NCBI GenBank assembly: GCA_021107435.1
Contig: JAIOSV010000089.1
Location: 111,347 to 175,346, forward strand
Direction: 5' to 3'
Length of the DNA stretch: 64,000 bases
Source of the DNA: Candidatus Sabulitectum sp.
GTDB taxonomy: Bacteria > Fermentibacterota > Fermentibacteria > Fermentibacterales > JCC-6
Within the stretch, counting starts at the first letter, position 1, and each line of letters begins with the position of its first letter. The position numbers were made by a program, and so were the translations under genes. Below the pieces are notes generated by a model. That model was not told the DNA's origin and searched no databases. It was given only the letters and a program-made list of their open reading frames with translations. Below are positions 30,013-40,722 of the stretch, piece by piece.

Positions 30013-32772
30013 TCAGAATCTCAGCCTTAAATACATCTCTGAATCCAGTTTCTTCCAACTTTCAACCACAGGCGTGCGGGTGTAATCCAGCGAAGTACCG
30101 AAAACCAGTGAAATCCGTCCAGGCAGATCGAATTCAAGTTCTCCCACTGCATTGGCAACAATTTTAGTCATGTCCTTCGGCGGAAGATAGATACTTCCCG
30201 AAAGCCACAATGAAGGAAACCAGGACACAACACTTGAAGCCCATGTACTCAAAGATGCATAGGCTGTTAACTCATCTGTTCTTCCCTGATCTGTGCTCCA
30301 TTTCGTGTTAACAAGACCCGCTCCGGTTTCCGGAGCAATCCATATCCACGAGGCTGGCCAGCTTTTCCAACCAGCAGCCAGGTAAGAACTCACCTGCCAT
30401 GGACGTACTGTTATAGGCTGCCGATCCCAGCTGGAGCTGGCTCCTGCATATAAATGATCGGTGAGAAAATGTTCTGCGGAAAGAGAAGCCCAGGCAGTCC
30501 TGCGAATATCTTTTCCATCCTTTATCTCCGATCTGGCACTGGTCTCAAAGGAAACGGAACTGCCCATTCGGCCAAAGCTCCTTGAAATGCTACCGCCGCC
30601 GCCGTAGTACTGCTCGTCAATGTTACCGCCTGTGGAAGACAGGTCAATCCAGAGATTCCAGCTGAATGGACTAAAACTCCTTCTTTTAAGCCCTGGATCG
30701 TAGTCCTCACCGCTGATATACCGGAGCCTGCTCTCAGCATAAGAATAGCCCGGTTCTATCCGCAGGGCTTCCAGATACCGATCAAGTGCTCCCTCGGGAT
30801 TTCCGCGGTTTTCCTCAATCAAACCCAGATAGCAGATTGCATAGACTGAAGCAGGATTTCTTTCGACAACTTGCAGAAGAAGCTCTTCAGCTCTTGTCAA
30901 TTGATCATCAAAGAGATGCGCTTCTGCAAGCGATGTTGTCAGTATCTCGTTCCACGGGTAGAAATCATACGCATTTGCAAGCAGCTCAATTGCCTGCTCA
31001 ATCATTTCTTCTTCGTAGTAGTAGTCTGCGATGCTCACGGCAACTTGATAATCGTCTGTTTCCAGCCCTGCCGCCAATTCGTAGCACAGCTTCCTGTCCC
31101 AGTATCTTTCCAGAACCCGGTACAGCTCACCAAGGTTGATGATTTCCCAGGGGGTATCCGGAAGAAACAGAAATGCTCTATCGGCAAAGTCATGAGATAA
31201 TGAAATATAGTGGCCATCATAAGCACTCCACCCGGCAGAAATCCAGGCATCCTGCCACGTGTTCGATATTTCTTCCGAAAGAGAATCCGTGTTTTCTCCT
31301 TTGGTTTCCAGGAGCAGTATCCTTTCTGCTGCGACAACCCCGGAATCCCCGCTTAAAAGCAGATATTGATCAAGGGAAGAAAGCGCCTCATCGGGCTCAC
31401 CGATAATCCGCTGAACTCTGGCAAGGTCAAGCCACATTGAGGAATACTCCTGATCAAGTTCCAGAGCTCTGGAAAAGCAGTGTTCGGCGGAATCAATCAA
31501 TAATTCAGCTACTGCCATGCTGCCGAGTTCCCCCCATATCCATGGATCGCCGTTCTCCAGAACAAAAAGGGCTTCACTGTACCATTCCGCTGCGGTATGG
31601 CTTTCACCACCAATGTTAAAAAGATCTCCTCTGCGCTGCCAGCCGTAAAGGTATTGCGGATCAATTGAAATACTGGTTTCATAAACCTCAGCAGCCTCGG
31701 AATACATTCCTCTGCTTTCAAGCACCCACCCCAGCTCACCGTACAACCATGGTTCAGGATCAAGTTCTATACATTTTCGCAGAGCAGACTCGGCTCCCGG
31801 GAAGTTCTCTTCGGATTCATAGAGAAAAGCAAGTTCCTGCCAGGCCTGCAAGTAGTTTGAATCCAGCAGAACTGCCTGCTCAAGCAGTTCTCTGGCATAA
31901 ATGGGATCTGTATTCAGCCTGAGCTTTGCAAGCTGGAAAAGAGACCAGGGATTGTCGGGAGAAAACTCGAGAGAGCATTGAAAAAAACTGTCTGCGAGAT
32001 CAGGCCTGCCCTGATCCAGCATACAAGACGCAAGTTTGCTCCATGCCCATCCGTATTCCGGTCGGATCTGCAGCACCTCCCTGTAAACTTTGATAGCTTC
32101 TCCGTTCATCTTGATACCCTCAAGAAGGAGACCAAGGGATGAGTAAGTCGGGACTCTTGCGGGGTCCTGCTGAATAACCTCTCTGTAAACAGCTATGGCT
32201 CTGAGGGCATCTCCCGACTCTTCGAGAGCCTGACCATACTGATAGAGAAGGGGAATACAATCCGGCAGGCGTCGTACACCTTCTTCTGAAACAACCAGAG
32301 CATCACCAGTCCTGCCTTCATCAATGAGCGCCATGGACAGAGTGAGCCATGCAGGACCGAATGAAGAATCCGCCCCCAGTGAAGCATTAGAGTGAATCAC
32401 AGCTTCCGCGCTGTTTCCCGTAGAAAGCAGCCAGTAGCTGTATGCCTCGCTGAGAACAGCATCAGTACCAATAGCAAGTCGAAAGGCTTTCGAGAACAGG
32501 CTATCCATTATGGTTGAATCCTGCCGCATCCCCACAAAGGCAAGGGCCGTCCATGTTCTGTAGTCTGTACTGTCCAGCGCAACAGCTTCCCCGGCAGTTC
32601 TCAACGGATCTCCTGTACCGTTTCCAAACTGTGAAATAGCTTTCACTGCGAGATCGACAGCTGAATCGCCATATCGGGAGGATACACGCTCCATGTTGTC
32701 CCAGTTCAACTGAGAGTATTCCTGATACCAGTCTACAGGCCAGGCGGACAACAATGTCAGTAGGAAAATCAA
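30013..32772 (-). CDS. Long TPR protein fused to a C-terminal DUF481-like outer-membrane beta-barrel
   Basis: About 690 aa of TPRs, then DLSSTGGNID, amphipathic beta strands, YTRTP..KKLD and terminal LRLRF. Confidence 0.7.
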   Translation of the reverse strand: MIFLLTLLSAWPVDWYQEYSQLNWDNMERVSSRYGDSAVDLAVKAISQFGNGTGDPLRTAGEAVALDSTDYRTWTALAFVGMRQDSTIMDSLFSKAFRLAIGTDAVLSEAYSYWLLSTGNSAEAVIHSNASLGADSSFGPAWLTLSMALIDEGRTGDALVVSEEGVRRLPDCIPLLYQYGQALEESGDALRAIAVYREVIQQDPARVPTYSSLGLLLEGIKMNGEAIKVYREVLQIRPEYGWAWSKLASCMLDQGRPDLADSFFQCSLEFSPDNPWSLFQLAKLRLNTDPIYARELLEQAVLLDSNYLQAWQELAFLYESEENFPGAESALRKCIELDPEPWLYGELGWVLESRGMYSEAAEVYETSISIDPQYLYGWQRRGDLFNIGGESHTAAEWYSEALFVLENGDPWIWGELGSMAVAELLIDSAEHCFSRALELDQEYSSMWLDLARVQRIIGEPDEALSSLDQYLLLSGDSGVVAAERILLLETKGENTDSLSEEISNTWQDAWISAGWSAYDGHYISLSHDFADRAFLFLPDTPWEIINLGELYRVLERYWDRKLCYELAAGLETDDYQVAVSIADYYYEEEMIEQAIELLANAYDFYPWNEILTTSLAEAHLFDDQLTRAEELLLQVVERNPASVYAICYLGLIEENRGNPEGALDRYLEALRIEPGYSYAESRLRYISGEDYDPGLKRRSFSPFSWNLWIDLSSTGGNIDEQYYGGGGSISRSFGRMGSSVSFETSARSEIKDGKDIRRTAWASLSAEHFLTDHLYAGASSSWDRQPITVRPWQVSSYLAAGWKSWPASWIWIAPETGAGLVNTKWSTDQGRTDELTAYASLSTWASSVVSWFPSLWLSGSIYLPPKDMTKIVANAVGELEFDLPGRISLVFGTSLDYTRTPVVESWKKLDSEMYLRLRF

Positions 32773-33215
32773 TTTTTTCTCTCCTTGCCGGTTACACTAT
32801 CAATTCGTATTGCGATGATGCCTGTTCTTTTCGCCATTTCCTCTGTAATCACGGAAGAGCTGCCCAGATACTCCACACATATCATTTCAAGAACCCTTTT
32901 TACCATATCGATATCAGAAACAAAAACAGCGGTTCCCCAGGCAATAACACTTTTGTAGTAAGTTGTCTTTTTCTCTGTGCTAACTCCGTACATTTCATCA
33001 AACTCAAGACATACTCCTGGCTCTGCTCTCATTGCCTCTGCTTTTCGCCCTTCAAGAGCACAGTGGAAATAAACAGTACCATTACTGTAAACAAAGTTCA
33101 GCGGAACTACATAAGGCTCCCCTCTGGAAATCATACCAAGCCTGACCACAGAACATTCCATTATGAATTTATCAATTTTATCTCTTGAAATGATTTCTCT
33201 CTCTTTCAGTCTCAC
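32769..33215 (-). CDS. Pyridoxamine 5'-phosphate oxidase-like FMN-binding protein (NimA-like)
   Basis: PYVVPLNF, YFHCALEGRK, YKSVIAWG, VTGK. Confidence 0.88.
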   Translation of the reverse strand: MRLKEREIISRDKIDKFIMECSVVRLGMISRGEPYVVPLNFVYSNGTVYFHCALEGRKAEAMRAEPGVCLEFDEMYGVSTEKKTTYYKSVIAWGTAVFVSDIDMVKRVLEMICVEYLGSSSVITEEMAKRTGIIAIRIDSVTGKERKN

Positions 33216-33992
33216 TTACTGTCCCCACACTGTAAAAGTCAGCCCTGCAAGTGCTACGGTCCAGCAGTACCAGGCAAAGCCTGTGAGTTTTCCCTGTTTG
33301 ACAAACTTAACAAGAAGGGAAAGAGCTCCGAATCCCACCACGGCAGACACAAGAAAGCCAATAATTATGTTACTGAACGGGATATTCCAGCTGGCCGATG
33401 GGAGTTCCTTAACTGCAGCTCCCAGTATGGCGGGTATGGCCAGAAGGAACGAGAATCTGGCTGCTTCCTCTCTTGAAAGCCCCGCGAAAAGACCTGTACA
33501 GATAGTGGTTCCTGAACGGGAGACTCCAGGCAGAATTGCAAGAGCCTGAGCCAGCCCGACAAGCACACCCCTGTTAAAAGTAATTCCCGGTTTCCTGACG
33601 GCAGAGATTCTGCCGGACAGGAAAAGGAATGTTCCTGTGAATATCAGAGCACCGGAAACAAATAACATATTGCTGCGAAGGCTTTCTATAAAATCACCGA
33701 ACAGCAAACCCGCAACGGCCACAGGTATCGTTCCCGCCGCAAGGGTAAGACCAAGAACAACACTCTTTTTCTCCCGGAGAACGATACCACGAAGCAGTAT
33801 AACAATATCTTTCCAGTAGAAAACAAACACAGCCACAAGGGTGCCGAGGTGAAGGATAATGTCAAAAGCCAGCCCGCCCTCGGGAACATCCAGCAGATTT
33901 GATGCCATGGCGAGATGCCCGGAGCTGGAAACTGGAAGAAATTCTGTCAAACCCTGAACTACAGCCAGAATTGAAGCTTCAAGTGGATTCAT
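33216..33992 (-). CDS. uppP: Undecaprenyl-diphosphate phosphatase
   Basis: VQGLTEFLPVSSSGH, PGVSRSG, AARFSFLL. Confidence 0.96.
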   Translation of the reverse strand: MNPLEASILAVVQGLTEFLPVSSSGHLAMASNLLDVPEGGLAFDIILHLGTLVAVFVFYWKDIVILLRGIVLREKKSVVLGLTLAAGTIPVAVAGLLFGDFIESLRSNMLFVSGALIFTGTFLFLSGRISAVRKPGITFNRGVLVGLAQALAILPGVSRSGTTICTGLFAGLSREEAARFSFLLAIPAILGAAVKELPSASWNIPFSNIIIGFLVSAVVGFGALSLLVKFVKQGKLTGFAWYCWTVALAGLTFTVWGQ

Positions 33993-35176
33993 TCTATAAA
34001 CTCCCTGTGCAGTTCCTGAAGCGCGCTGTCCCTCTGATCAAGAAGAACCAGTGCGCTTATAGTAGCATGTGAATCCACCGTTTGCAGGGCATTGATATCA
34101 ACCCGTTCAAGTGCTTCGCAGAACCTGGCCATAACCCCGGGAAGCCCATGCATTCCTGCTCCCACTATGGAAACCTTCACGCATGGGCTGATGGTCGTGT
34201 ACTGCAGATCCATTGAATCAAGAAGTTTCTTAAGCTCTCCGGTAGAATCCACAGGTACCGTAAATGCGGCAGAACAATTAAAAACACTGAACATATCCAT
34301 GGAGATCCCGCTGTCTGCGATCTTCCTGAACAGCCCGGCAAAGAAGAAAGAAGGTTTCCCTGAACCGGTAACAGTAAACCCTGTAACAACCTGTCCGGAT
34401 GCAACCCCAACAATGTATCTGGTGTTTTCAAGAGGTTCTGCAGCCACCTCAGTAACCATCTCTCCTGTGCGGAAAGATTTGATTTTCAGGGTCAAGGCAG
34501 ATGCCTGAGCGACCTCAGCGGCTCTGGGATGAACAACTTTTGCGCCATGCCATGCCATCTGCCTGAGATCTTCTGCTGAAATTATGTCCAGTTCCCGTGC
34601 AAATGGTACCTTCTCCGGATCAGCAGTGTAAACGGAATCAACCGTTTTGTAAAGAAGAACCTCATCAGCATCCAGCGCAACCCCCAGAACCACAGCGGAA
34701 GTGTCCGTTCCCCCTCGGCCCAGTGTGTTCAAATGACCCATTGGAGCCACACCCTGAAACCCGGAAATGACTACAACGTTGTACTTTGAAAGGGATTCTT
34801 GAATTCTGGCAGTATCTATACTGACTATCCGCGCGTTGCCTGATACTCCATCAGTGGATATCCCAGCTTCCCAGCCGGTGAGTGCTTCAGCACTGATACC
34901 ATTGTTCCGGAGGGCTGAAGCCATAACCAGCGCGCTTACAACCTCCCCGCAGATCATCAACCTGTCCTTCTCGCGAACGCTTGATTCAGTTGAAATAAGG
35001 TCAAGAAGAGTATCTGTAGCATACGGGTCCCCACTGCGTCCCATGGCGGACACAACTACAACCAGTTTTTCTGCCTCCTGAAGAAGGGAGCTGCAGTGGT
35101 TCGCTGCAGCACACCGATTCTCTTCAGTGGCCAGACTGGTTCCGCCGAATTTTGCAACCAGCAGTTTCTTCCGCAA
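33989..35176 (-). CDS. lysC: Aspartate kinase with ACT domains (probable TTG start 35176; ORF is open to 35239)
   Basis: KFGGTS, VVSAMGR, LGRGGTDTSA, YTADP, GAKVVHPRA, VSIVGAGM. Confidence 0.88.
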   Translation of the reverse strand: MRKKLLVAKFGGTSLATEENRCAAANHCSSLLQEAEKLVVVVSAMGRSGDPYATDTLLDLISTESSVREKDRLMICGEVVSALVMASALRNNGISAEALTGWEAGISTDGVSGNARIVSIDTARIQESLSKYNVVVISGFQGVAPMGHLNTLGRGGTDTSAVVLGVALDADEVLLYKTVDSVYTADPEKVPFARELDIISAEDLRQMAWHGAKVVHPRAAEVAQASALTLKIKSFRTGEMVTEVAAEPLENTRYIVGVASGQVVTGFTVTGSGKPSFFFAGLFRKIADSGISMDMFSVFNCSAAFTVPVDSTGELKKLLDSMDLQYTTISPCVKVSIVGAGMHGLPGVMARFCEALERVDINALQTVDSHATISALVLLDQRDSALQELHREFIE

Positions 35177-36197
35177 GGCTAACAAACTCCCTTCCTGTAT
35201 CGCACCATGTAAAAAGCTTCCGGGCTCTCTCCCGGGCATTGCTAGACATTTTTTTTCTCAATGTTCCGTTGTCAATAAGTATTCTCAAGTACCTGGCACA
35301 ACTCTCAACATCCCCCGGAGCCATCAGGTATCCATTGTCTCCGTGGGTAATCAGTTCAGGAACTGCCCCGGCATCAGCAGCGAGAACCGGCAGACCTGCC
35401 CACAAGGCTTCAGCCACCGCTATCCCATACCCCTCCCAGTGAGAAAGATTCGCAAGGATGTGGCTCTGATTATACATCTCGTAAAGGCCTTCAGTGAAAA
35501 GGTGACCTGTGAATGTAACCTTCCCGCCAAGTGAATCCGCCTCCTTTCGAACCGCTTCCGCGTAATCTCTGTCTGCTGTTTCATCTCCGAGAATAGACAG
35601 ATGGAAGTCCCTGTCTCCCAACATGGCGCACGCCTTTACCAGAGTAAGCTGATCTTTTCTGGAGCAGATAGTGCCCACAGAAAGAATTCGCACAGGTAGT
35701 TGCTTCGGTTCAGAATCAGTCCTGAACCGGTCAAAACCAGGCGGGATAACACAAAGTCTGCTCTCCGGAATTCCAAGGGAAATCACATCATCTGCTGTGC
35801 TTCTGCTGTTTACCCATATCTTTTTTCCGCAGGACAGGAACCAGCGAACAATGTTTTTCCGGAGATTGGAAACACCGCCTGCTCTGTCATGCCACTCAAG
35901 GTGATGAACCATGTACAGCACAGGATACCCCAGGGTGAAAAGTATCAACCTGAGAGGTGCCATGAAACTGTAGCTTTTACTGACCACAAGCAGATCAGGT
36001 CTGTTTCTCAGCACTCGTTTTAGAACATAAAAAGATCCGCGAATCCGAGAGCCCCTGAGCTTCTTCGGCATTGTGGTAAGATGAATTACATCAACTTCAT
36101 GCCCGGCCTTGCTCAATGCGCTGGCCATCTTAAAATTGAAGTAATACCCCCCCGTACTGTAATTTTTCAGTCCCAGCATAACAAATGATATTCTCAA
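35124..36197 (-). CDS. GT4 glycosyltransferase (probable TTG start; ORF is open to 36281)
   Basis: TGGYYFN, VGTICSRK, EGYGIAVAEALWAGLPV. Confidence 0.88.
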   Translation of the reverse strand: MRISFVMLGLKNYSTGGYYFNFKMASALSKAGHEVDVIHLTTMPKKLRGSRIRGSFYVLKRVLRNRPDLLVVSKSYSFMAPLRLILFTLGYPVLYMVHHLEWHDRAGGVSNLRKNIVRWFLSCGKKIWVNSRSTADDVISLGIPESRLCVIPPGFDRFRTDSEPKQLPVRILSVGTICSRKDQLTLVKACAMLGDRDFHLSILGDETADRDYAEAVRKEADSLGGKVTFTGHLFTEGLYEMYNQSHILANLSHWEGYGIAVAEALWAGLPVLAADAGAVPELITHGDNGYLMAPGDVESCARYLRILIDNGTLRKKMSSNARERARKLFTWCDTGREFVSLAEETAGCKIRRNQSGH

Positions 36198-36342
36198 ATT
36201 ATCTCTTTCTATAAGCTTCCGCAGCGCCACAGAGCAATGCAGGAGTATAGCCAAGCATCGGATAAAAGTCACACTGCGCAAAGAACCCGTGAAGAATTAT
36301 GTTCGGGCAGAGAGACACCTGGCGCAGGGAGGGAATTTGTCA

Positions 36343-37602
36343 ATGGACAGTGTCTGTATGGTGGTCAAGAATCGCCTTTCAAATGATGCCCGTGTAAAAA
36401 AGGAAATGGCAGCTCTTTCCGGAGACGGGTGGCATGTAACTGTAATCGCCATGCCTGAGACCGGCTTTCCGGAAGAAGAGAACAGAGATGGCATCCGCAT
36501 ATTGAGGCCTCCGGTATTCTCAAAGACAAAAGAAAATCTTCGCGGTCAAGTTGTTCAGGCTTCTGAAAAGACTGACACCTCTCTTAAAGCCAGAGCGATC
36601 AGATCTCTGAGAAGAAATAAACTCCGGAGATTTATTGCTGATCTCCAGCGGGACATCCCCTGGGAAAAAAGACTCTGGCGAGCTGCCTGGCAGGTTAACG
36701 CTGATGTATACCACGCGAATGATCTGGACACATTGCAAATCTGCGGCTCTGTCGCGGCAAAAAGAAATTCTAAACTTGTCTACGACAGCCACGAGCTGTG
36801 GCTGGAATCCTCCAGGTATCTTATCGCTACTCACCCTGTCAACCGGTTAAGACTGAAAAGAATAGAACAGCGATATGTTCCGAAGGCAGACGCGGTTATC
36901 GCTGTTACCCCCATGCGGGGCAAGAAGATGCGACAAATGTACCCCTCCATGAAAATCCTTGAAATTGTGGAAAACGCGCCGGAGAAACTCATTGAACTCC
37001 CCACCAGCGGCAGGCTCCGAGCTATGATTAATGCAGCACCCGACACTGTGATCGCCCTTTACCAGGGAGTTCTCTGCCCTGAAAGAGGTCTTGAAGAGCT
37101 GCTCAGCGCTGCAAAGCTCACTACTGACCCTGCTGTCAGATTCGTAATTATAGGCATGGACACATGGAATGGAACTCTTCAGGAAATGGCCCTGAACATG
37201 GGCTTGAAGGACAGAGTTGTATTTATTCCTCCTGTACCTTCAGAAGAGCTTCCGGAGATTACTGTGGACGCGGATATCGGATTCATTCTTTTCAGGAATA
37301 CCTGCCTGAACCACTATTACTCACTGCCAAACAAGCTTTACGAATACATGATGGCTGGAGTTCCCATAGTATCAAGTGATTTCCCTGAGCTGAAGAGGGT
37401 TCTGAATGAGGTGAAAAGCGGGATTACCGTTGATCCGGACTCCCCTGAATCTATATCCAATGCAGTTGACAAACTTGCGGGTGACCCTGCTATGCGAAAA
37501 AGGATGAAGAAAAACGGCAGAGCGGCCGCACTGGACAAATACAACTGGGAACCACAAAGCGATCTTCTCCGGAGCTTGTACAGAAAGCTGAGGCAGACAT
37601 GA
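36343..37602 (+). CDS. GT4 glycosyltransferase
   Basis: DARVKKE, HANDLDTL, YDSHE, PNKLYEYMMAGVP. Confidence 0.9.
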   Translation: MDSVCMVVKNRLSNDARVKKEMAALSGDGWHVTVIAMPETGFPEEENRDGIRILRPPVFSKTKENLRGQVVQASEKTDTSLKARAIRSLRRNKLRRFIADLQRDIPWEKRLWRAAWQVNADVYHANDLDTLQICGSVAAKRNSKLVYDSHELWLESSRYLIATHPVNRLRLKRIEQRYVPKADAVIAVTPMRGKKMRQMYPSMKILEIVENAPEKLIELPTSGRLRAMINAAPDTVIALYQGVLCPERGLEELLSAAKLTTDPAVRFVIIGMDTWNGTLQEMALNMGLKDRVVFIPPVPSEELPEITVDADIGFILFRNTCLNHYYSLPNKLYEYMMAGVPIVSSDFPELKRVLNEVKSGITVDPDSPESISNAVDKLAGDPAMRKRMKKNGRAAALDKYNWEPQSDLLRSLYRKLRQT

Positions 37603-38867
37603 AGAGACTGATTCTCCTTACCTACACTTTTCCCCCTCTTTCATCAGGCGGTACCCCGGTTGTAATGAACATGTGCAGGTACCTTCCTGACAATGACTGG
37701 GAGGTAACAGTTGTTACTGTTGAAAATCCAAAGGGAATGAAAACAGACCCATCGCTTCTTCACGACCTTCCGAGAGACCTTAAGGTGATCAGAGTTCCGC
37801 ATGGGAGAAGCGGCACGGGAACAACTACTACCGCTGGAATCACACATGTAAACCCCCTCAGCAGAATGGTCAGATTTGTTGCCCACAACTACATTTTGAT
37901 ACCTGACAGAGTAATTACCTGGAGGAATCAGGTTCTTCCCGTACTGAAAAAGATCATCGCGGATGAAAAACCACACGCAATAATGTCGTTCGGCCCGCAT
38001 CACTCTCTGCACCTTATAGCCATCTCCGCTGCAAAAGAAACCGCGCTTCCTCTCATCCCGTTTTTCGGTGATCTGTGGCTGGAAGACAGCTACGTGGAAT
38101 GGCCCAGTCGCTTCAACAGGCTGGTTGAATCCCTTCTCGAAAGAAACGTTGTCCGCAAAGCAAGGGGAATTATTGCAACTACAGAGGCATCCACCGGCTA
38201 CTTCATAGACAGATACGAAAACATCTGCCCCCCTACCCATGTGAACGAAAACGCGTACGACCCTCGAAGAATTAAAAGGGCGGATTCGGAGGTGACAGAC
38301 CCGGAGCATCTAACTGCCGGATGGACAGGAAACTTTTTCGGTAACCATTCTCCCGGAGAGTTGCTGGAGGGACTTGAAATGTTTTATAAAAGAAACCCTC
38401 ATTCAAAGCTCAGAATAAAAATGGCAGGCAGCATTGACCCCATATCCCGGAAGAGGCTGAACCGTGTGCCTCTAAAGGATAAAGTTACACACTACGGTCA
38501 TCTCAAATGGGATAAAGTGCCTCCTTTTCAAAAAAATTGTGACATCCTTATAGGATATCTCAACCCCCGCAGAGGCAGTCATTATAAAAACGCCAGCAAG
38601 ACAGCTGAATATCTTGTCTCCGGAAGAACCATTCTTGGCATTGTTCCTGAAGGATCAATGGCTGAAAGAATAAGAAAACCGGGCAGAGGATACATAGTTC
38701 ATCCTGATGCGGAACAGATAGCAACAACACTTGAAAACATGGAATACCAGTGGAAAACATCCAATCTTCGAGTACCTGTTGACTATGCGAAAATTGAGGA
38801 AAGGTTTTCAGCAGTTAATGTAATGAAGAAAACTGCTGACTTCCTGAACAGAATGGCCGGTCCATGA
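37599..38867 (+). CDS. GT4-like glycosyltransferase
   Basis: YTFPP, IPD...W, SFGPHHS, K..EYL.SG. Confidence 0.8.
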   Translation: MKRLILLTYTFPPLSSGGTPVVMNMCRYLPDNDWEVTVVTVENPKGMKTDPSLLHDLPRDLKVIRVPHGRSGTGTTTTAGITHVNPLSRMVRFVAHNYILIPDRVITWRNQVLPVLKKIIADEKPHAIMSFGPHHSLHLIAISAAKETALPLIPFFGDLWLEDSYVEWPSRFNRLVESLLERNVVRKARGIIATTEASTGYFIDRYENICPPTHVNENAYDPRRIKRADSEVTDPEHLTAGWTGNFFGNHSPGELLEGLEMFYKRNPHSKLRIKMAGSIDPISRKRLNRVPLKDKVTHYGHLKWDKVPPFQKNCDILIGYLNPRRGSHYKNASKTAEYLVSGRTILGIVPEGSMAERIRKPGRGYIVHPDAEQIATTLENMEYQWKTSNLRVPVDYAKIEERFSAVNVMKKTADFLNRMAGP

Positions 38868-40087
38868 GGATACTGTATGTGCTCGGATTCCTTCCCCCGT
38901 ATATCACAAGAGAAATCGAGGCAATGGCAACCCGGGAACACAGTATTTCCGTTCTGCTTCCTGAAGACAGAAAGAATAGCGAAACAGCCGATTTCTGGAA
39001 CGGTATTTCTCAGTACCCGGAAACCAATTCTGTAGGAATACGAAGAAACTTGAAATTCAAGTACCTGACCTGCCCGCTGAAACAGCTGGCAGCACCGGCA
39101 TTCAGGTCTGTCCGATTTATTAAGACCCTCACAAGATCACTGAAAGAGAGGGAATTCAGATACTTCGTAATAGCCTCTGATGCAGTGACCGGAATGGATC
39201 ATCCCAGCAAACCGGATGTGATACATGCACACTTCGCGCAGGATCAGGCTCACATCGCGAGAATCATGGCATCTATTCTCAAGGTTCCATACACCGTAAC
39301 CACGCATGCTACAGATATATTCGTCCCAAAGTGCAAAACGAGATTGCGCAGGGTCCTCTGCGGGGCTTCCAGAGTTTTCACCATCTCCGAATACAATCTC
39401 AGTCGCCTTGCGGAATATGGACTAAATCGTGAGAATATAGTTGTGTCGCGACTGGGTCTGGATACTACAGAACTGCCTTACCGGAAAAAACCTTCTTCCC
39501 CTCCTGTGGCGGTTTGTACTGCAAGCGGACTTGTTCCCAAAAAGGGAGTACATGTACTCATTCAAGCCATGCGGTTGCTTCAACAGAGGAGAATCAATTG
39601 CAGGCTTACCGTAATCGGCTCAGATCCTGACGGTACAAAACTCGAAGAATACCGGAAGAATACCACAGATCTTCCAGTTGACTTTGTCGGCGTACTGAAC
39701 TCGAAAGAAACACTGGATGCTGTTTCAGCTGCCTCTTTCTTTGTTCTTCCCTGCATTGAGGCAGAGAACGGAGACAAAGATGGAATCCCTGTAGCTCTCA
39801 TAGAAGCTATGGGCATGGGCGTACCATGCATTTCCACCAGGATTTCCGGTATTCCTGAACTGATTGAGAACGATATCAGCGGCATTCTTGTAAAACCTGA
39901 ATCCCCTGAGGAACTTGCCGTCGCAATGACAACTCTGCTATCCGGAATAGAACTGGCAGACCGTCTGGGCAGCGCAGGCAGGAACAAAGTAATTGCCAAT
40001 CACTCCCCTGATAATCAGGCAGATATTCTTACAGCGAATCTAACTCAGATAGTGGCGGAGAATACGGTGAGAAAAACAGAAAAGTGA
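38864..40087 (+). CDS. GT4 glycosyltransferase (WcaL-like)
   Basis: HAHFA, TTHATDI, KKG, DGIPVALIEAM. Confidence 0.88.
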   Translation: MRILYVLGFLPPYITREIEAMATREHSISVLLPEDRKNSETADFWNGISQYPETNSVGIRRNLKFKYLTCPLKQLAAPAFRSVRFIKTLTRSLKEREFRYFVIASDAVTGMDHPSKPDVIHAHFAQDQAHIARIMASILKVPYTVTTHATDIFVPKCKTRLRRVLCGASRVFTISEYNLSRLAEYGLNRENIVVSRLGLDTTELPYRKKPSSPPVAVCTASGLVPKKGVHVLIQAMRLLQQRRINCRLTVIGSDPDGTKLEEYRKNTTDLPVDFVGVLNSKETLDAVSAASFFVLPCIEAENGDKDGIPVALIEAMGMGVPCISTRISGIPELIENDISGILVKPESPEELAVAMTTLLSGIELADRLGSAGRNKVIANHSPDNQADILTANLTQIVAENTVRKTEK

Positions 40088-40146
40088 TGGATATGACTCT
40101 CTACTCCATTGAAGACACAAACCTGTCGTACTGAAGGATTGAACAA

Positions 40147-40722
40147 ATGGCAGCTGATGCACCTATTAGTTCTGTTAACTGGCCTGATGAATTTCCAGTT
40201 CTGGAAACTGAGAGGTTATTGCTGCGCCAGGTTTCCACCAACGACACAGGCGACCTCTTCCGGTGCTACTCCGATCCTGAAGTTATGAAATACCTGGCAA
40301 CTCCTCTGGAGAATGAAGACGCAATCGGGGGCATCCTGGAAGACTACAAAGATGGTTTCAGCGAAGGGTACAACCTGATCTGGGCTCTTGATATCAAGGA
40401 AACAGGAGTCTTTGCCGGTACCGCCGGATTTGAGGAATTCAGTTTCCTTGACGGCAAAGCTGATATCGGCTTCAGCATGCTCCCGTCACATCAGGGAAAA
40501 GGATACATGGAAGAAGTTCTGCTTGAAATCATAAACTACGGTTTTCAGATATTAAGGATTAACAGGATCCAAACCACTGTTGTCCCGGAAAATATTCCAT
40601 CCGTAAAACTTCTGGGGAAACTGGGTTTCCACAGGGAAGGCTGCATGAAACAGAGTGTTTTCTTCAACAACAGTTATCATGACGAATTGATCATGGCTCT
40701 TCTGAGTAATACAGAGGAATAA
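40147..40722 (+). CDS. GNAT N-acetyltransferase (RimJ/RimL family)
   Basis: FPVLETERLLLR, QGKGYM.E, N.PS.KLL.KLGF. Confidence 0.88.
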   Translation: MAADAPISSVNWPDEFPVLETERLLLRQVSTNDTGDLFRCYSDPEVMKYLATPLENEDAIGGILEDYKDGFSEGYNLIWALDIKETGVFAGTAGFEEFSFLDGKADIGFSMLPSHQGKGYMEEVLLEIINYGFQILRINRIQTTVVPENIPSVKLLGKLGFHREGCMKQSVFFNNSYHDELIMALLSNTEE

